Shown here in pieces: positions 36,729-46,252 of a stretch of 64,000 bases of DNA. The notes beneath the pieces were generated by a model. The model saw only the letters and a program-made list of their open reading frames with translations. It ran no database searches and was not told where the DNA came from. A program made the position numbers and the translations under genes. The DNA lies in IMG/VR virus record IMGVR_UViG_3300020474_000001, positions 62,001-126,000 of that record; one strand, written 5' to 3'. Positions within the stretch are counted from its first letter, which is position 1. Every line of letters starts with the position of its first letter.

Positions 36729-37610
36729 TTAAATGTCAAATGCTTCTTCAATTATATCACAATAACCCATTTCCGTCATTGGTCGATGGTACATATCAAC
36801 AAAGTCCCTACATGCTTTTTTAGAAAAGTAGTTCTTCCAGTATCCAGTTTTCATCTTCGAGTAAAAATTATCACCGCTCTTCTTTTTATCTTTAGCAAAC
36901 TCTGATTGCTTTTTAAATCCTGCTAGAACATGACCACGATCTACTTGTAAGAAGTCGGAAATTATGTTTGAAGTTGACTCTTGATTGTTAACCAAATCTT
37001 CATACTTAATACTCAGAACAGGGACATCTGCAGAATCATAACTCTGAGCAAAACTACACCAAGGACCAGAAGTTACATAGAAATTATAAAATACTGTGCC
37101 GCTAGACGCAAACCGATATAAAACATCATCAAGACAAATTTTTTCCCTCAATGTATCAATTTTCATATCCTCCAAAAAATTGCCCCTAGTATAATCATAC
37201 TCTGGCATCAATCTATTAAGTGCTATAGCGGATACTTGAGGCAATCCACCATACTCTGCCCACTGAACCCTAAAGTAGTTCAATCCACTAAGAAGAGTAT
37301 CAAAAGGATTTCTAACAATTGTTATGACCTCACTAACTCCACCAAAATATGAGGTGCTAAGATTCTCCGAGTACAAATTATATTGATGAGATTTAACGCA
37401 AACTCTACTCCCCTCAAACAATGGATTTGAAGGAGGTACACTTTTCATTTGATAAACATCATAAAATTTTGAAGGAGAATTGGAATCACACTTATGAGAC
37501 CTATCACAATAATCCCAAGTAGGATCTACCTCTTTCCCAGCATAAAGAAAAGAATGTCCGATTAAAGTATTACCTGATTTTGGATATCCAGCAAATAGTA
37601 CTGTTTTCAT
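36729..37610 (-). CDS. PAPS-dependent sulfotransferase
   Basis: 5'-PSB AGYPKSGNT, VKSH, 3'-PB VRNPFDTLLS, KYEDL, GYWKNYFS. Confidence 0.85.
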   Translation of the reverse strand: MKTVLFAGYPKSGNTLIGHSFLYAGKEVDPTWDYCDRSHKCDSNSPSKFYDVYQMKSVPPSNPLFEGSRVCVKSHQYNLYSENLSTSYFGGVSEVITIVRNPFDTLLSGLNYFRVQWAEYGGLPQVSAIALNRLMPEYDYTRGNFLEDMKIDTLREKICLDDVLYRFASSGTVFYNFYVTSGPWCSFAQSYDSADVPVLSIKYEDLVNNQESTSNIISDFLQVDRGHVLAGFKKQSEFAKDKKKSGDNFYSKMKTGYWKNYFSKKACRDFVDMYHRPMTEMGYCDIIEEAFDI

Positions 37611-37630
37611 TGCACAATAAAAGATAAAAT

Positions 37631-37652
37631 AAAAGGAGAGATTTCTCTCTCC
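37631..37652 (-). terminator. Intrinsic terminator
   Basis: GGAGAGA-GAAA-TCTCTCC-TTTT. Confidence 0.7.
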
Positions 37653-37658
37653 ATGTGT

Positions 37659-37922
37659 TCAAAGATTTTTAGAACCTGATAGATTCTTTTGAAGGAGTTC
37701 TACAATTCTATCAACTCTCGCCTCCAGATCTGAGGTTCCACCAGAGGAAGTAGACTTTGCAGATTCAAGTGATTTTACTTTTGTTTCAAGAGTTTTTACT
37801 TTGCGAGAAAGTCTTTGAATTTCTCCGTTCAGAGTATCAATCTCACTTGTGGTATCAACCTTGACTTCGGGTTTTGGTTGAAGTTTGATTTCAGTTTTTT
37901 TGCTGTCCATTTTGAGTTTCAT
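37659..37922 (-). CDS. Coiled-coil hypothetical protein (late)
   Basis: Heptad repeats; perfect TATAAATA late promoter at 37933-37940. Confidence 0.65.
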   Translation of the reverse strand: MKLKMDSKKTEIKLQPKPEVKVDTTSEIDTLNGEIQRLSRKVKTLETKVKSLESAKSTSSGGTSDLEARVDRIVELLQKNLSGSKNL

Positions 37923-37970
37923 AATTCTTTGTTATTTATAAAAGGGTACTTGACTCCACCAGGGCAGGTT

Positions 37971-38246
37971 TCAGGTCACTCCGCGACCGCGAGCAGTAAC
38001 TACATCATCAGTTACATAGCATGGAACACCATCAGGATCTAACCAACAGGTGTAATCGTGATCTTCCATAGCAGTCATCAACTGCATTTCATTATCACAA
38101 AGATACATGTCTTTGTAACGTCCAGTGTAAGAGTCTACTTTCTGGATACGACAATCTGGTTTTCCATTAATTTCCAAGGTGCCAACTTGAATATAACGAT
38201 AAGGGAAACGCTCAAGGAGAATGGTGGGTTTTTTGATAAGTTCCAT
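37971..38246 (-). CDS. Conserved cyanophage hypothetical protein
   Basis: LERFPYRY..G.LEINGKPDCRIQK. Confidence 0.75.
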   Translation of the reverse strand: MELIKKPTILLERFPYRYIQVGTLEINGKPDCRIQKVDSYTGRYKDMYLCDNEMQLMTAMEDHDYTCWLDPDGVPCYVTDDVVTARGRGVT

Positions 38247-38462
38247 TCAATATGCTCCAACTGCTTGAAGATCTTCGTAAATATAATCAATCAGCATTTC
38301 ATAATCATCTTCTGGATCCCCAGAGAAAACTACTCCTTCTGATTGATAGTATTTCATAACTTTCTTGTAAAGTTTTGGATTCTTTACACCAAGGTGAACT
38401 TCTCCATTTGCTACCTCTCGGAGGAGGTTTACATCTTTCTTGAACTTTTCTACCAGTGTCAT
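38247..38462 (-). CDS. Conserved cyanophage hypothetical protein
   Basis: KNPKLYKKV..YY..EGV.F.GDPEDDY. Confidence 0.75.
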   Translation of the reverse strand: MTLVEKFKKDVNLLREVANGEVHLGVKNPKLYKKVMKYYQSEGVVFSGDPEDDYEMLIDYIYEDLQAVGAY

Positions 38463-38514
38463 TTTAAATGAATGTTGACTTTACTATTATAAAGGATGAC
38501 AGATTTACTGTCAA

Positions 38515-38587
38515 TGGGGGTCGCGAGGATCGAACTCGCCTTAGCCGAATTATGAGTTCGGTGCATTCACCAGATTGCTAGACCCCC
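38515..38587 (-). tRNA. tRNA with CAT anticodon (Met or Ile2)
   Basis: Acceptor GGGGGTC/GACCCCC, anticodon arm CCGAA-CTCATAA-TTCGG, GTTCGA T-loop. Confidence 0.85.
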
Positions 38588-38593
38588 AGAAAA

Positions 38594-38779
38594 TCATGAT
38601 GCTTCGTTGTGATCAGTATACATCTTGATCATATCAAAGTGATCTGCAGGGACCATAACTGCTTTGTTGTTATCTTCACCTATTATACCAAGAACTTCTC
38701 CATTTTCAACTCTTTGCATAAGTTCATCCCAGTTTTGTTGCCAATATTCTACTGTGTGAAACTCAATGTTTTCTTCCAT
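38594..38779 (-). CDS. Small Phd/YefM-fold-like hypothetical protein
   Basis: TVEYWQQNWDELMQRVENGE..I....AVMVP pattern. Confidence 0.55.
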   Translation of the reverse strand: MEENIEFHTVEYWQQNWDELMQRVENGEVLGIIGEDNNKAVMVPADHFDMIKMYTDHNEAS

Positions 38780-38799
38780 TTAAAAAGTCAATAAAAAAA

Positions 38800-38873
38800 T
38801 CGGGATGATAGGATTCGAACCTACGGCCACTCGCTCCCAAAGCGAGTGCTCTACCAAACTGAGCTACATCCCG
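38800..38873 (-). tRNA. tRNA-Pro(TGG)
   Basis: CGGGATG acceptor, TTTGGGA anticodon loop, GGTTCGAATCC. Confidence 0.93.
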
Positions 38874-38896
38874 ATAAAATGAGTATAAATCAAAAA

Positions 38897-39058
38897 TCAA
38901 GATTCGTCAAGACTATCATTCTCTTCTATTTCTTTTAGATCCTCTTCATTTAAAAGATCAATCCACTCCTCATCAGGAGTGAAGAGGATTGGACCCTCCT
39001 CAATCCTCTCCTGAAGTTCTTCTAATAAAGGATCTCTTTTTTCTTTATTGTTTTCCAT
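38897..39058 (-). CDS. 53-aa acidic hypothetical protein
   Basis: MENNKEKRDPLLEELQERIEEGP... Confidence 0.5.
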   Translation of the reverse strand: MENNKEKRDPLLEELQERIEEGPILFTPDEEWIDLLNEEDLKEIEENDSLDES

Positions 39059-39348
39059 CACAAATCAATATCCTTTTTTAATTGAGCAAAAGCATCTTGC
39101 CTACCTTTTATCATTCCCTCAATAAAACCTGCCCTTTTCTCCCAGGTATCTCCAGTATCTGATCCCCTCTTAGGATTAATACACCTATGATCACCCAACT
39201 TATTGCAAACTAATCCTGCAAGATCTTCTTCAGAATTTTCACTTGAAGCACCAGTTGCCCATACATGTTTTCCATTTAACCACACCGCTTCACACTTCTC
39301 ACATTGCTTTCTTTCCAATTTAAAATCAGAAAATTCTTTATCAGACAT
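39058..39348 (-). CDS. Conserved Cys-rich hypothetical protein
   Basis: CEKC..WLNG.H.W, DLAGLVCN..CINP. Confidence 0.7.
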   Translation of the reverse strand: MSDKEFSDFKLERKQCEKCEAVWLNGKHVWATGASSENSEEDLAGLVCNKLGDHRCINPKRGSDTGDTWEKRAGFIEGMIKGRQDAFAQLKKDIDL

Positions 39349-39553
39349 GATTTTTCTCCTGTTGAGATTTAAATTCCTTTCTATCCTTTTCCAGTTCCCT
39401 TTCAATCTTTTTCTTGAACATCCACAGTCTAAAGTTTAAAAAGGCATACCGAGTATTAAGGTCAATAAAAGCAATTAATCTCATAGTAGCATTATATCCT
39501 CCATCAAGCAATAATACAATAACGATTAAGACAAGCAGATAGAATAGTGTCAT
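39341..39553 (-). CDS. Small membrane protein
   Basis: N-terminal TM; CTAAATA late promoter upstream. Confidence 0.6.
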   Translation of the reverse strand: MTLFYLLVLIVIVLLLDGGYNATMRLIAFIDLNTRYAFLNFRLWMFKKKIERELEKDRKEFKSQQEKNHV

Positions 39554-39586
39554 ATAATTTAATTACTTGTAGATATTTAGTTGTAA

Positions 39587-39673
39587 CGGAAGAGAGAGGA
39601 TTCGAACCTCCGGAGGACTTGCACCCTCGCCAGTTTTCAAGACTGGAGCCATAAACCACTCGACCACTCTTCC
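39587..39673 (-). tRNA. tRNA-Ser(TGA)
   Basis: GGAAGAG acceptor, CTTGAAA loop, long variable arm. Confidence 0.93.
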
Positions 39674-39919
39674 TTATCGCTCTTCGAAATCAATACGACG
39701 AACTTTACGTTGTCGTCTTGCCTCCTGATAAGCAAGATCAGAAGCAGAAAGTTGATCACCAACCTTTTGCTTTGTATAGTTTAACATAACAACCTCATTT
39801 AAGTCAACTGCTGATACTTTATCTTCTTTGACTGTCATCATATTTTGACATCCACAAACCTGAGTTTTTGTATTACTTACTATTTCTGTATTACATACTT
39901 TGCATCTTACGATAATCAT
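39674..39919 (-). CDS. Conserved Zn-ribbon hypothetical protein
   Basis: CKVC...CGC, RKVRRIDFEER. Confidence 0.7.
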   Translation of the reverse strand: MIIVRCKVCNTEIVSNTKTQVCGCQNMMTVKEDKVSAVDLNEVVMLNYTKQKVGDQLSASDLAYQEARRQRKVRRIDFEER

Positions 39920-39943
39920 TTTTCATGGTCCTCCTATTAGGAA

Positions 39944-40015
39944 TGCAAGATGAGGGATTCGAACCCCCGACAACCTCGGTGTAAACGAGACACTCTACCA
40001 CTGAGTTAATCTTGC
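39944..40015 (-). tRNA. tRNA-Val(TAC)
   Basis: GCAAGAT acceptor, TTTACAC loop. Confidence 0.92.
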
Positions 40016-40018
40016 AAG

Positions 40019-40090
40019 CTGGCCCGGCTGGGATCGAACCAGCGACAACTTGATTAACAGTCAAGCGTTCTACCGCTGAACTACAGGCCA
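40019..40090 (-). tRNA. tRNA-Asn(GTT)
   Basis: TGGCCTG acceptor, CTGTTAA loop. Confidence 0.92.
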
Positions 40091-40109
40091 TTGTACTCCC
40101 CGAAGGGAA

Positions 40110-40181
40110 AGCGGAATACCGGATTCGAACCGGTGACGTTCAGCTTGGAAGGCTGACATTCTACCGCTGAATTAATTCCGC
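40110..40181 (-). tRNA. tRNA-Gly(TCC)
   Basis: GCGGAAT acceptor, CTTCCAA loop. Confidence 0.92.
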
Positions 40182-40222
40182 AGCGATATGGTAATTATAA
40201 AGTATTACCAAACCTTTGTCAA

Positions 40223-40693
40223 CTATTCAAAAATAAACTCTCTCCATTCTGATACTTTTGTTCTTTCCAATTCCAACATGACTTTGCTGAGTGGTGCTTT
40301 TGGTTTTGAGCGAAGTTTCATGTTTGTCTCGTGCAAATATTTATTACCCTTTGCAACATTACATTTATCACAACAGGCAACCAAATTATCCCAGGTGTCC
40401 CCACCACCTTTACTTCGTGGAATTACATGATCGATTGTTAAATTTCTTGTTGATCCACAATACTGACAAGAGTATCCATCTCTTTTATAAATCATATTCC
40501 TTGTCGGTGTAGTTTCAGAAAATCGTAAAAACGGTATTCTGACAAAATTGACAAGTCTAATCACCCTCTTCGATATGAGTTTTGCTTTTTCCTTAAACAA
40601 AAGAACTACAGCTCTTTTCCAATTTGTGAATTGAAGCGGTTCATAAGAACTATTCAGAACTAAAATCGTAGAGTGCGGTTCTACCATTTCCAT
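40223..40693 (-). CDS. HNH endonuclease (McrA/HNH_5-like)
   Basis: RDGYSCQYCG..LTIDHVIPRSKGG..WDNLVACCDKCNVAK. Confidence 0.92.
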   Translation of the reverse strand: MEMVEPHSTILVLNSSYEPLQFTNWKRAVVLLFKEKAKLISKRVIRLVNFVRIPFLRFSETTPTRNMIYKRDGYSCQYCGSTRNLTIDHVIPRSKGGGDTWDNLVACCDKCNVAKGNKYLHETNMKLRSKPKAPLSKVMLELERTKVSEWREFIFE

Positions 40694-40730
40694 AAGAATT
40701 CTTTCATCCTCAAATGTATTTATTGGGGAA

Positions 40731-40804
40731 CGACTCAGGTAGGATTCGAACCTACGACCGACTGCTTAGAAGGCAGTTGCTCTATCCAGCTGAGCTACTG
40801 AGTC
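40731..40804 (-). tRNA. tRNA-Arg(TCT)
   Basis: GACTCAG acceptor, CTTCTAA loop. Confidence 0.93.
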
Positions 40805-40812
40805 AAAAAAGG

Positions 40813-40886
40813 CGGGATAGATGGGGCTCGAACCCACGACCCCCAGCGTGACAGGCTGGTGCTCTAACCAACTGAGCTACTACCCC
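40813..40886 (-). tRNA. tRNA-Asp(GTC)
   Basis: GGGGTAG acceptor, CTGTCAC loop. Confidence 0.92.
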
Positions 40887-41111
40887 TTAACTGATTCCAT
40901 CATTCATGTAATCAACATAATCATTATACTGCTCCTCGCTGATCCTGTCAATAATAATGATCTCTTGCCCCTCTAAATCCATGTTCAACCACTCATGAAA
41001 CTCATCGACAATAGAAAGCTTGTCATAGATCTGATCAACGCAATCCATTTCATCGATACGATTCTTTGCCCATTTTACTGTATTGTCAACTAGATCTTCA
41101 GTCTTTTTCAT
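40887..41111 (-). CDS. Hypothetical acidic protein
   Basis: MKKTEDLVDN...EFHEW; the ORF-track N-terminal extension overlaps the upstream gene. Confidence 0.6.
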   Translation of the reverse strand: MKKTEDLVDNTVKWAKNRIDEMDCVDQIYDKLSIVDEFHEWLNMDLEGQEIIIIDRISEEQYNDYVDYMNDGIS

Positions 41112-41538
41112 AGTAGTCCTTTCGGAAGTACCTTGAGAGGATGTTGCTATTGTAGAACGCTGGTTCCCCTGTGTCAAGTGATTCTGTGAGGACCCCATTG
41201 ATGAATAACTGTCTCGTTTCCTCAAAATTAGTTCTTCCTGCCGTCTTATGTAATGAGAGAATGGTTCTACTAAAATTTTCCTTTCCAAATTTTTCAACAT
41301 CCTCTTTAAGTTCTGGGCAAGACCCATAGTATTTCCTCCAATCAGATTCTTTTTTTACTCTTCGTTTTTTTCCTGGCGGTTTTCTGAATGACCAAAAATA
41401 CTTTCTACCAATATATTTCCGTCCGTTTTGTATGTTTGTGATGAGATAAACAAAACCAAAATAATCCCCAATATCCTCCCCAGTAAAAGCCACACCATTA
41501 TATTGCCAAGGATTTTCATAATCAATATCTATACTCAT
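41098..41538 (-). CDS. GIY-YIG nuclease-like protein (T4 NrdA.1-like)
   Basis: GFVYLITN..NGRKYIGRK, DWRKYYGS, FYNSNI. Confidence 0.8.
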   Translation of the reverse strand: MSIDIDYENPWQYNGVAFTGEDIGDYFGFVYLITNIQNGRKYIGRKYFWSFRKPPGKKRRVKKESDWRKYYGSCPELKEDVEKFGKENFSRTILSLHKTAGRTNFEETRQLFINGVLTESLDTGEPAFYNSNILSRYFRKDYYEKD

Positions 41539-41683
41539 TTAGTAAATCTAACACCTTATTCATATATTTATGAGCAAATTTCTTTTCTCCTGGCCATACC
41601 GTTGATGGTTCTTCATCAATATCTTTCTTCAATTTTAGCATTTTTACAATGAACTCATCTCTAGTAAGCGGATTACGAGGCAT
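41522..41683 (-). CDS. 53-aa hypothetical protein
   Basis: MPRNPLTRDEFIVKMLKLK...AHKYMNKVLD. Confidence 0.6.
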   Translation of the reverse strand: MPRNPLTRDEFIVKMLKLKKDIDEEPSTVWPGEKKFAHKYMNKVLDLLNEYRY

Positions 41684-41802
41684 TTGTAATTCAAGCGTCT
41701 TATACTATTTAAGCAGCAAATTGATCATCTTTCAAGTTAGGTCTTGATTCTCCGATAATAGGAGTCAATGGTTCAATAGAATCCATCTCCTCCCATATCT
41801 CC

Positions 41803-42990
41803 TCAAAGCTTAAATCCTGAGAATGTGTCTTCTTTGACATCTTGGTTAAGTCCTCCGACAACATAACTTTCTACCTCCGTTTCTTGTGGTGCTACTTGAA
41901 GTCCTTTAGAAGAAATCCAATGCTGTGTCCATGGAAGTGGATTATTCTTTGCAGCAATATCATACTGCGGTCTCAAACCAATCGCTTTTAATCGACGGTT
42001 AGCAATCCACTCAACATACTTCTTAAGCAATTTATCATTAAGTCCAATCATACTACCGTCCTTAAATAGATATTCTGCCCATCTCTTCTCTTCATTAACG
42101 GCACGATCAAACATTTTATATGTCCAATCAGTTTCTTCTTCCATGATCTTCTTCATCTCAGGATCATCTCCTTGTCTCCACTTGTTGAGGATATTTTGAG
42201 TGATCGCAAGATGCTGGTTCTCATCTCTGGCGATAAGTGAGATAATTTTTGCGGACCCTTCCATAAGTTTAAGTTCGCCAAATGCAAAGCTGCAAGCGAA
42301 ACTAACATAGAAACGAATACCCTCTAAAATATTTACATTCGCCATTGCTCGGTAAAGCTTTCGTTTGATCTCATACCGTTCAACTTGACCAGTATAGTGA
42401 CCCTCAGCAGCAAGCTCCCACATGATGCCATTATCATATTGATGAGCACTCTGAATGAAGTCATCATATGCTTCTGTAACACTCTTGGCTCGCTCTAGAA
42501 TATGTTTATCAGTGACAATATGATCAAACACCTCAGATGGGTCAGAATAAATGTTTTTAATGACATAAGTATAGGAACGACTATGAATCATTTCCATGAA
42601 ACCCCAAGCTTCCATACAAGCCTCTAACTCTGGAAGAGAGCAGTATGGAATAAATGCCATTCCAGGACCACGTCCTTGAATAGAATCAAGCATAATCTGA
42701 TACTTCAAATTAGAAGTATAGATGTGCTTTTGCTCTGGACGAAGAGTTTGATAATCTCCACGATCTTTTTGTAGAGACACTTCCTCTGGTCTCCAGAAAT
42801 AACTCAATTGTTGAGTAGTGAGTTTATCAAATACTGGGTATTTGTATGAATCGTATCTTTGTACTCCTAAAGGTTTGCCTAGAAACATTGGTTGTTTCTT
42901 AATATTCACTTGTTCTGTGTTAAAAACTGTCATGCCTTTAACACCTGTTACATCTTCTACGGAAGAAACTTTAAACTGAACAGGATTCAC
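41803..42990 (-). CDS. nrdB: Ribonucleotide reductase class Ia beta subunit
   Basis: FWRPEEV, EMIHSRSY, LEGIRFY, RDENQH, VAPQETE. Confidence 0.97.
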   Translation of the reverse strand: MNPVQFKVSSVEDVTGVKGMTVFNTEQVNIKKQPMFLGKPLGVQRYDSYKYPVFDKLTTQQLSYFWRPEEVSLQKDRGDYQTLRPEQKHIYTSNLKYQIMLDSIQGRGPGMAFIPYCSLPELEACMEAWGFMEMIHSRSYTYVIKNIYSDPSEVFDHIVTDKHILERAKSVTEAYDDFIQSAHQYDNGIMWELAAEGHYTGQVERYEIKRKLYRAMANVNILEGIRFYVSFACSFAFGELKLMEGSAKIISLIARDENQHLAITQNILNKWRQGDDPEMKKIMEEETDWTYKMFDRAVNEEKRWAEYLFKDGSMIGLNDKLLKKYVEWIANRRLKAIGLRPQYDIAAKNNPLPWTQHWISSKGLQVAPQETEVESYVVGGLNQDVKEDTFSGFKL

Positions 42991-45268
42991 ACTCCCCCTC
43001 CTCTGATTGTAGTATATCGTTTACTAAATCTTTCAACTGTGGTTTTTCTACATCAATTTCATCTGATTTAAGATCATATGTATTTTGATAGTAAGAAGTT
43101 TTCCACCCATACTTATATGTAGTTAAAAGATCGGTTGCCATTTGAGAAACTGGAACTTCATTATCTGTATAATTTTCAGGATTGTAGCTCCAGTTACCAG
43201 ATATGGCTTGGTCAAAAAACTTTTGCATAACAGAAACTACATTAATATATCCTCTGTTATCTTTCATATCCCAAAGAAGTGTATAGTTATTCTTCAGGGT
43301 AGAATATTGTGGAACAATTTGTTTAAGAGGCCCCTTCTTTGATTTTTTAACGGACAAGTATCCTCTAGGTGGTTCGATTCCGTTTGTTGCATTTGACACA
43401 ACGGAACTGCTCTCTGATGGCATTTGTGCGGACAGTGTTGAGTGCCGTAAACCGTGTTCCAATATAGACTTTCTAAGACCCTCCCAATCATGCTCATACT
43501 TAATACTCGTAATTTCATCAACATCTTTTTTATATGTATCGATTGGTAAGATACCATCAGAATATTTTGTACGTCCAAAATTTTCACAATGACCCTTTTC
43601 TTTAGCAAGTTTATTTGATGCTTTAAGAAGAAAGAATTGAAAAGACTCTGACAATAAATGCACAGAATTCCAAGCTTCCTGAGAATCATAATTGAAACCC
43701 AACTTGGCAAGATAGTGCGCTAAACCAATAAAACCTATTCCAAGGGATCTACGTGCCTTTGTAGCGTCTCCTGCAGCCCTTACAGGATACTCTTGATAGT
43801 CAATCAGTTCGTCCAATGACCTTACAGAAAGTTCACACAACTCCTCCAACTCATCATCAGATTTTACTTTACCAACATTAATAGCAGAAAGAATACAAAG
43901 TGCAATTTCTCCAGACGGATCATCAATATGCTGGATTGGATATGTGGGAAGAGTGATCTCTTGGCAGAGATTACTCATCTCAATCTTATCCTTAAAAGAA
44001 GAATGAGAATTACAATGATCAATATTCATAATGTAAATACGACCAGTCTCTGCTCTCTCCTTTAAGATGTCTAGAATGAGTTTTTGAGCTCCGATAGTTT
44101 TTCTCGGAATAGACTGATCTCGCTCATAACCCACATATAAGCTATCAAATCTATCAGTGCCAAAAGAATCATGGAGACCAGGAACATCGTGCGGACTGAA
44201 GAGAGTAATTTCTTCATTTGAAATGAAACGCTCATAAAACAGTTTACTAATTTGAATACTATAATCTAACTTACGAACACGATTATCTTCTGTTCCCTTA
44301 TTGTTCTTAAGAACGATAATATCTTCTATTTCTTGGTGCCAGATTGGGAAGTGGACAGTCGCTGAGCCACCTCGAATTCCATTTTGTGTACAGCAGCGGA
44401 CAGTTGATTCAAACTTTTTAAGGAATGGTATAACACCTGTGTGTTGAACTTCGCCGCCTCGGATTTTACTGTTGATGCCACGGATTCTGCCTGCGTTGAT
44501 GCCGATGCCCGCCCTTTGTGCAACATATTTGCCAATAGCCATATCAGAGCTAAAGATGCTATCGAGGGTGTCATCAACATCAACAAGAACACAGCTAGCA
44601 AATTGTCGAAGTGGAGTTCGCACTCCTGCCATGATAGGTGTGGGAATGTTGATTTTGTGCTTGCTGATTGCGTTGTAGTATCGTCGGACATAGTCGAGCC
44701 TCGTTTCTTTTGGATAATCTGCAAAGATAGTCAAAGCGATCATCATATACATGAACTGAGGTGTCTCATAAACACCACCAGTACTGCGATCTTGTACTAG
44801 ATATTTATCAACAACTTGACGTAAACCAGCATAAGTAAACAAGAAGTCTCTATCGTGATCAATAAAAGTATCGACCTTTTGTATTTCTTCTTGAGAATAC
44901 TTGATGAAAATTTCCTTATCATAAACGTCGATTGACGTACAGTTGATAATATGATCTTCTATGGAAGGAAACTCTCTCATTTTCCCATACAACTGCTTTC
45001 TAAGAGAGAACAGAAGTAATCTAGCAGCAACGTATTGATAGTTTGGATGATCCAAATCAATCAAATCTGAAGCAGCACGAATGAGAATCTTTTGAATTTC
45101 TTCTGTTGTGATGCCATCATAAAATTCTATACCAGATTTCATCTCAACCTGACTCGCAGATACACCAGCAAGATTCTTGCAGGCTTCATCCACCATCAGA
45201 TGCATCTTGTCCAAATCAAGAATTTCAATTTGACCATTTCTCTTTTTAACTTTCAAGTTACTAGTCAT
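42971..45268 (-). CDS. nrdA: Ribonucleotide reductase class Ia alpha subunit
   Basis: ATP cone, QFASCVL, SNLCQEI, KTSYY, C-terminal CESC; no intein or intron. Confidence 0.97.
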   Translation of the reverse strand: MTSNLKVKKRNGQIEILDLDKMHLMVDEACKNLAGVSASQVEMKSGIEFYDGITTEEIQKILIRAASDLIDLDHPNYQYVAARLLLFSLRKQLYGKMREFPSIEDHIINCTSIDVYDKEIFIKYSQEEIQKVDTFIDHDRDFLFTYAGLRQVVDKYLVQDRSTGGVYETPQFMYMMIALTIFADYPKETRLDYVRRYYNAISKHKINIPTPIMAGVRTPLRQFASCVLVDVDDTLDSIFSSDMAIGKYVAQRAGIGINAGRIRGINSKIRGGEVQHTGVIPFLKKFESTVRCCTQNGIRGGSATVHFPIWHQEIEDIIVLKNNKGTEDNRVRKLDYSIQISKLFYERFISNEEITLFSPHDVPGLHDSFGTDRFDSLYVGYERDQSIPRKTIGAQKLILDILKERAETGRIYIMNIDHCNSHSSFKDKIEMSNLCQEITLPTYPIQHIDDPSGEIALCILSAINVGKVKSDDELEELCELSVRSLDELIDYQEYPVRAAGDATKARRSLGIGFIGLAHYLAKLGFNYDSQEAWNSVHLLSESFQFFLLKASNKLAKEKGHCENFGRTKYSDGILPIDTYKKDVDEITSIKYEHDWEGLRKSILEHGLRHSTLSAQMPSESSSVVSNATNGIEPPRGYLSVKKSKKGPLKQIVPQYSTLKNNYTLLWDMKDNRGYINVVSVMQKFFDQAISGNWSYNPENYTDNEVPVSQMATDLLTTYKYGWKTSYYQNTYDLKSDEIDVEKPQLKDLVNDILQSEEGECESCSV

Positions 45269-46230
45269 ATTTTTTTCCAAGTGTTAAATTTAACGAGAGC
45301 TTCGAGTCCTGAGTATATATTCGATTCTATCAGAGATTGAATATCGTGTCCAGATACCACCATATCATTTATGTCCTTCTCAACAATATTTGAAGGCCAT
45401 ATCACTATGGAGTCTCCGGATTCGATTGTTTTTCTAATTCTGGTGACAATCTCTCTATTCCGTGGTTCATTATCATAGATCCAGACAGGATTGCAAATAC
45501 CCCAACGGCGCACATCAGCATCAGCTCCGCACATAGCAATCGCGTTGCGAACGAACGTCGAGTCAAACGGACCTTCGGTAACGAATACATTTTTATCCTT
45601 TTGTACTTGATCAATCCCGTAGATTTTTGGTGAATCATCGTTTAGCATTATGGTGATGTACTTGATTGAGTCAGATCTTAAGGATCTACCTTGAAACCCA
45701 ATAAGATTTTTCTCAAAATATAGTGGAATTATTATTCTACTCTCTTTGTACAAGTTGTCATGATCTATATTGAAGGATCTTACAAACTCTGAAAAATCTT
45801 CTGCGTAGTAAAATTCCTTGGGATTTATCTTTCTTTTCTTTAAGTAATCTGATGCCACATCTACTTCAGAACAACGTGGTAGATTTACCTTCTTTTTAAA
45901 GACCGGTCTCTTGCATTCAAATTTAGGTTCTTCAACAATTGTGCCTTTCCCGGTAAACCCACCCTTAAATCTTTCCATAAGATATTGGCTATGGACTGCT
46001 GGATCAACTTTTTTTAAAAAATTATTAAAAGTTGTTGACGCACCACAATTATGACACTTATAAAATGCATCAGACTTTGCCCCGTAGATATACCCTCTGG
46101 CCTTTGATTTATTCTTCTTAGAATCTCCGCAAATAGGACAGCGGAAATTATAAAGATTTGGTTTAACCTTCTTAAACTTGTCTAGCCTTGAAGAGATGAT
46201 ACTGATGAATTTGGAATCAATATGATTCAT
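45265..46230 (-). CDS. gp61: DNA primase gp61
   Basis: RCPICGDS..CHNC Zn finger, TEGPFDS TOPRIM, KDINDM. Confidence 0.95.
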   Translation of the reverse strand: MNHIDSKFISIISSRLDKFKKVKPNLYNFRCPICGDSKKNKSKARGYIYGAKSDAFYKCHNCGASTTFNNFLKKVDPAVHSQYLMERFKGGFTGKGTIVEEPKFECKRPVFKKKVNLPRCSEVDVASDYLKKRKINPKEFYYAEDFSEFVRSFNIDHDNLYKESRIIIPLYFEKNLIGFQGRSLRSDSIKYITIMLNDDSPKIYGIDQVQKDKNVFVTEGPFDSTFVRNAIAMCGADADVRRWGICNPVWIYDNEPRNREIVTRIRKTIESGDSIVIWPSNIVEKDINDMVVSGHDIQSLIESNIYSGLEALVKFNTWKKI

Positions 46231-46252
46231 TAATTAAGTTTTCTCTTCTGAG

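Noticed and set aside
38594-38779. Toxin-antitoxin module
   Set aside because: Only a weak Phd-like pattern, flanked by tRNAs with no adjacent toxin gene.
39891-40091. 66-aa ORF MACSSAVERLTVNQ...
   Set aside because: It is a translation of the tRNA-Asn and tRNA-Val genes.
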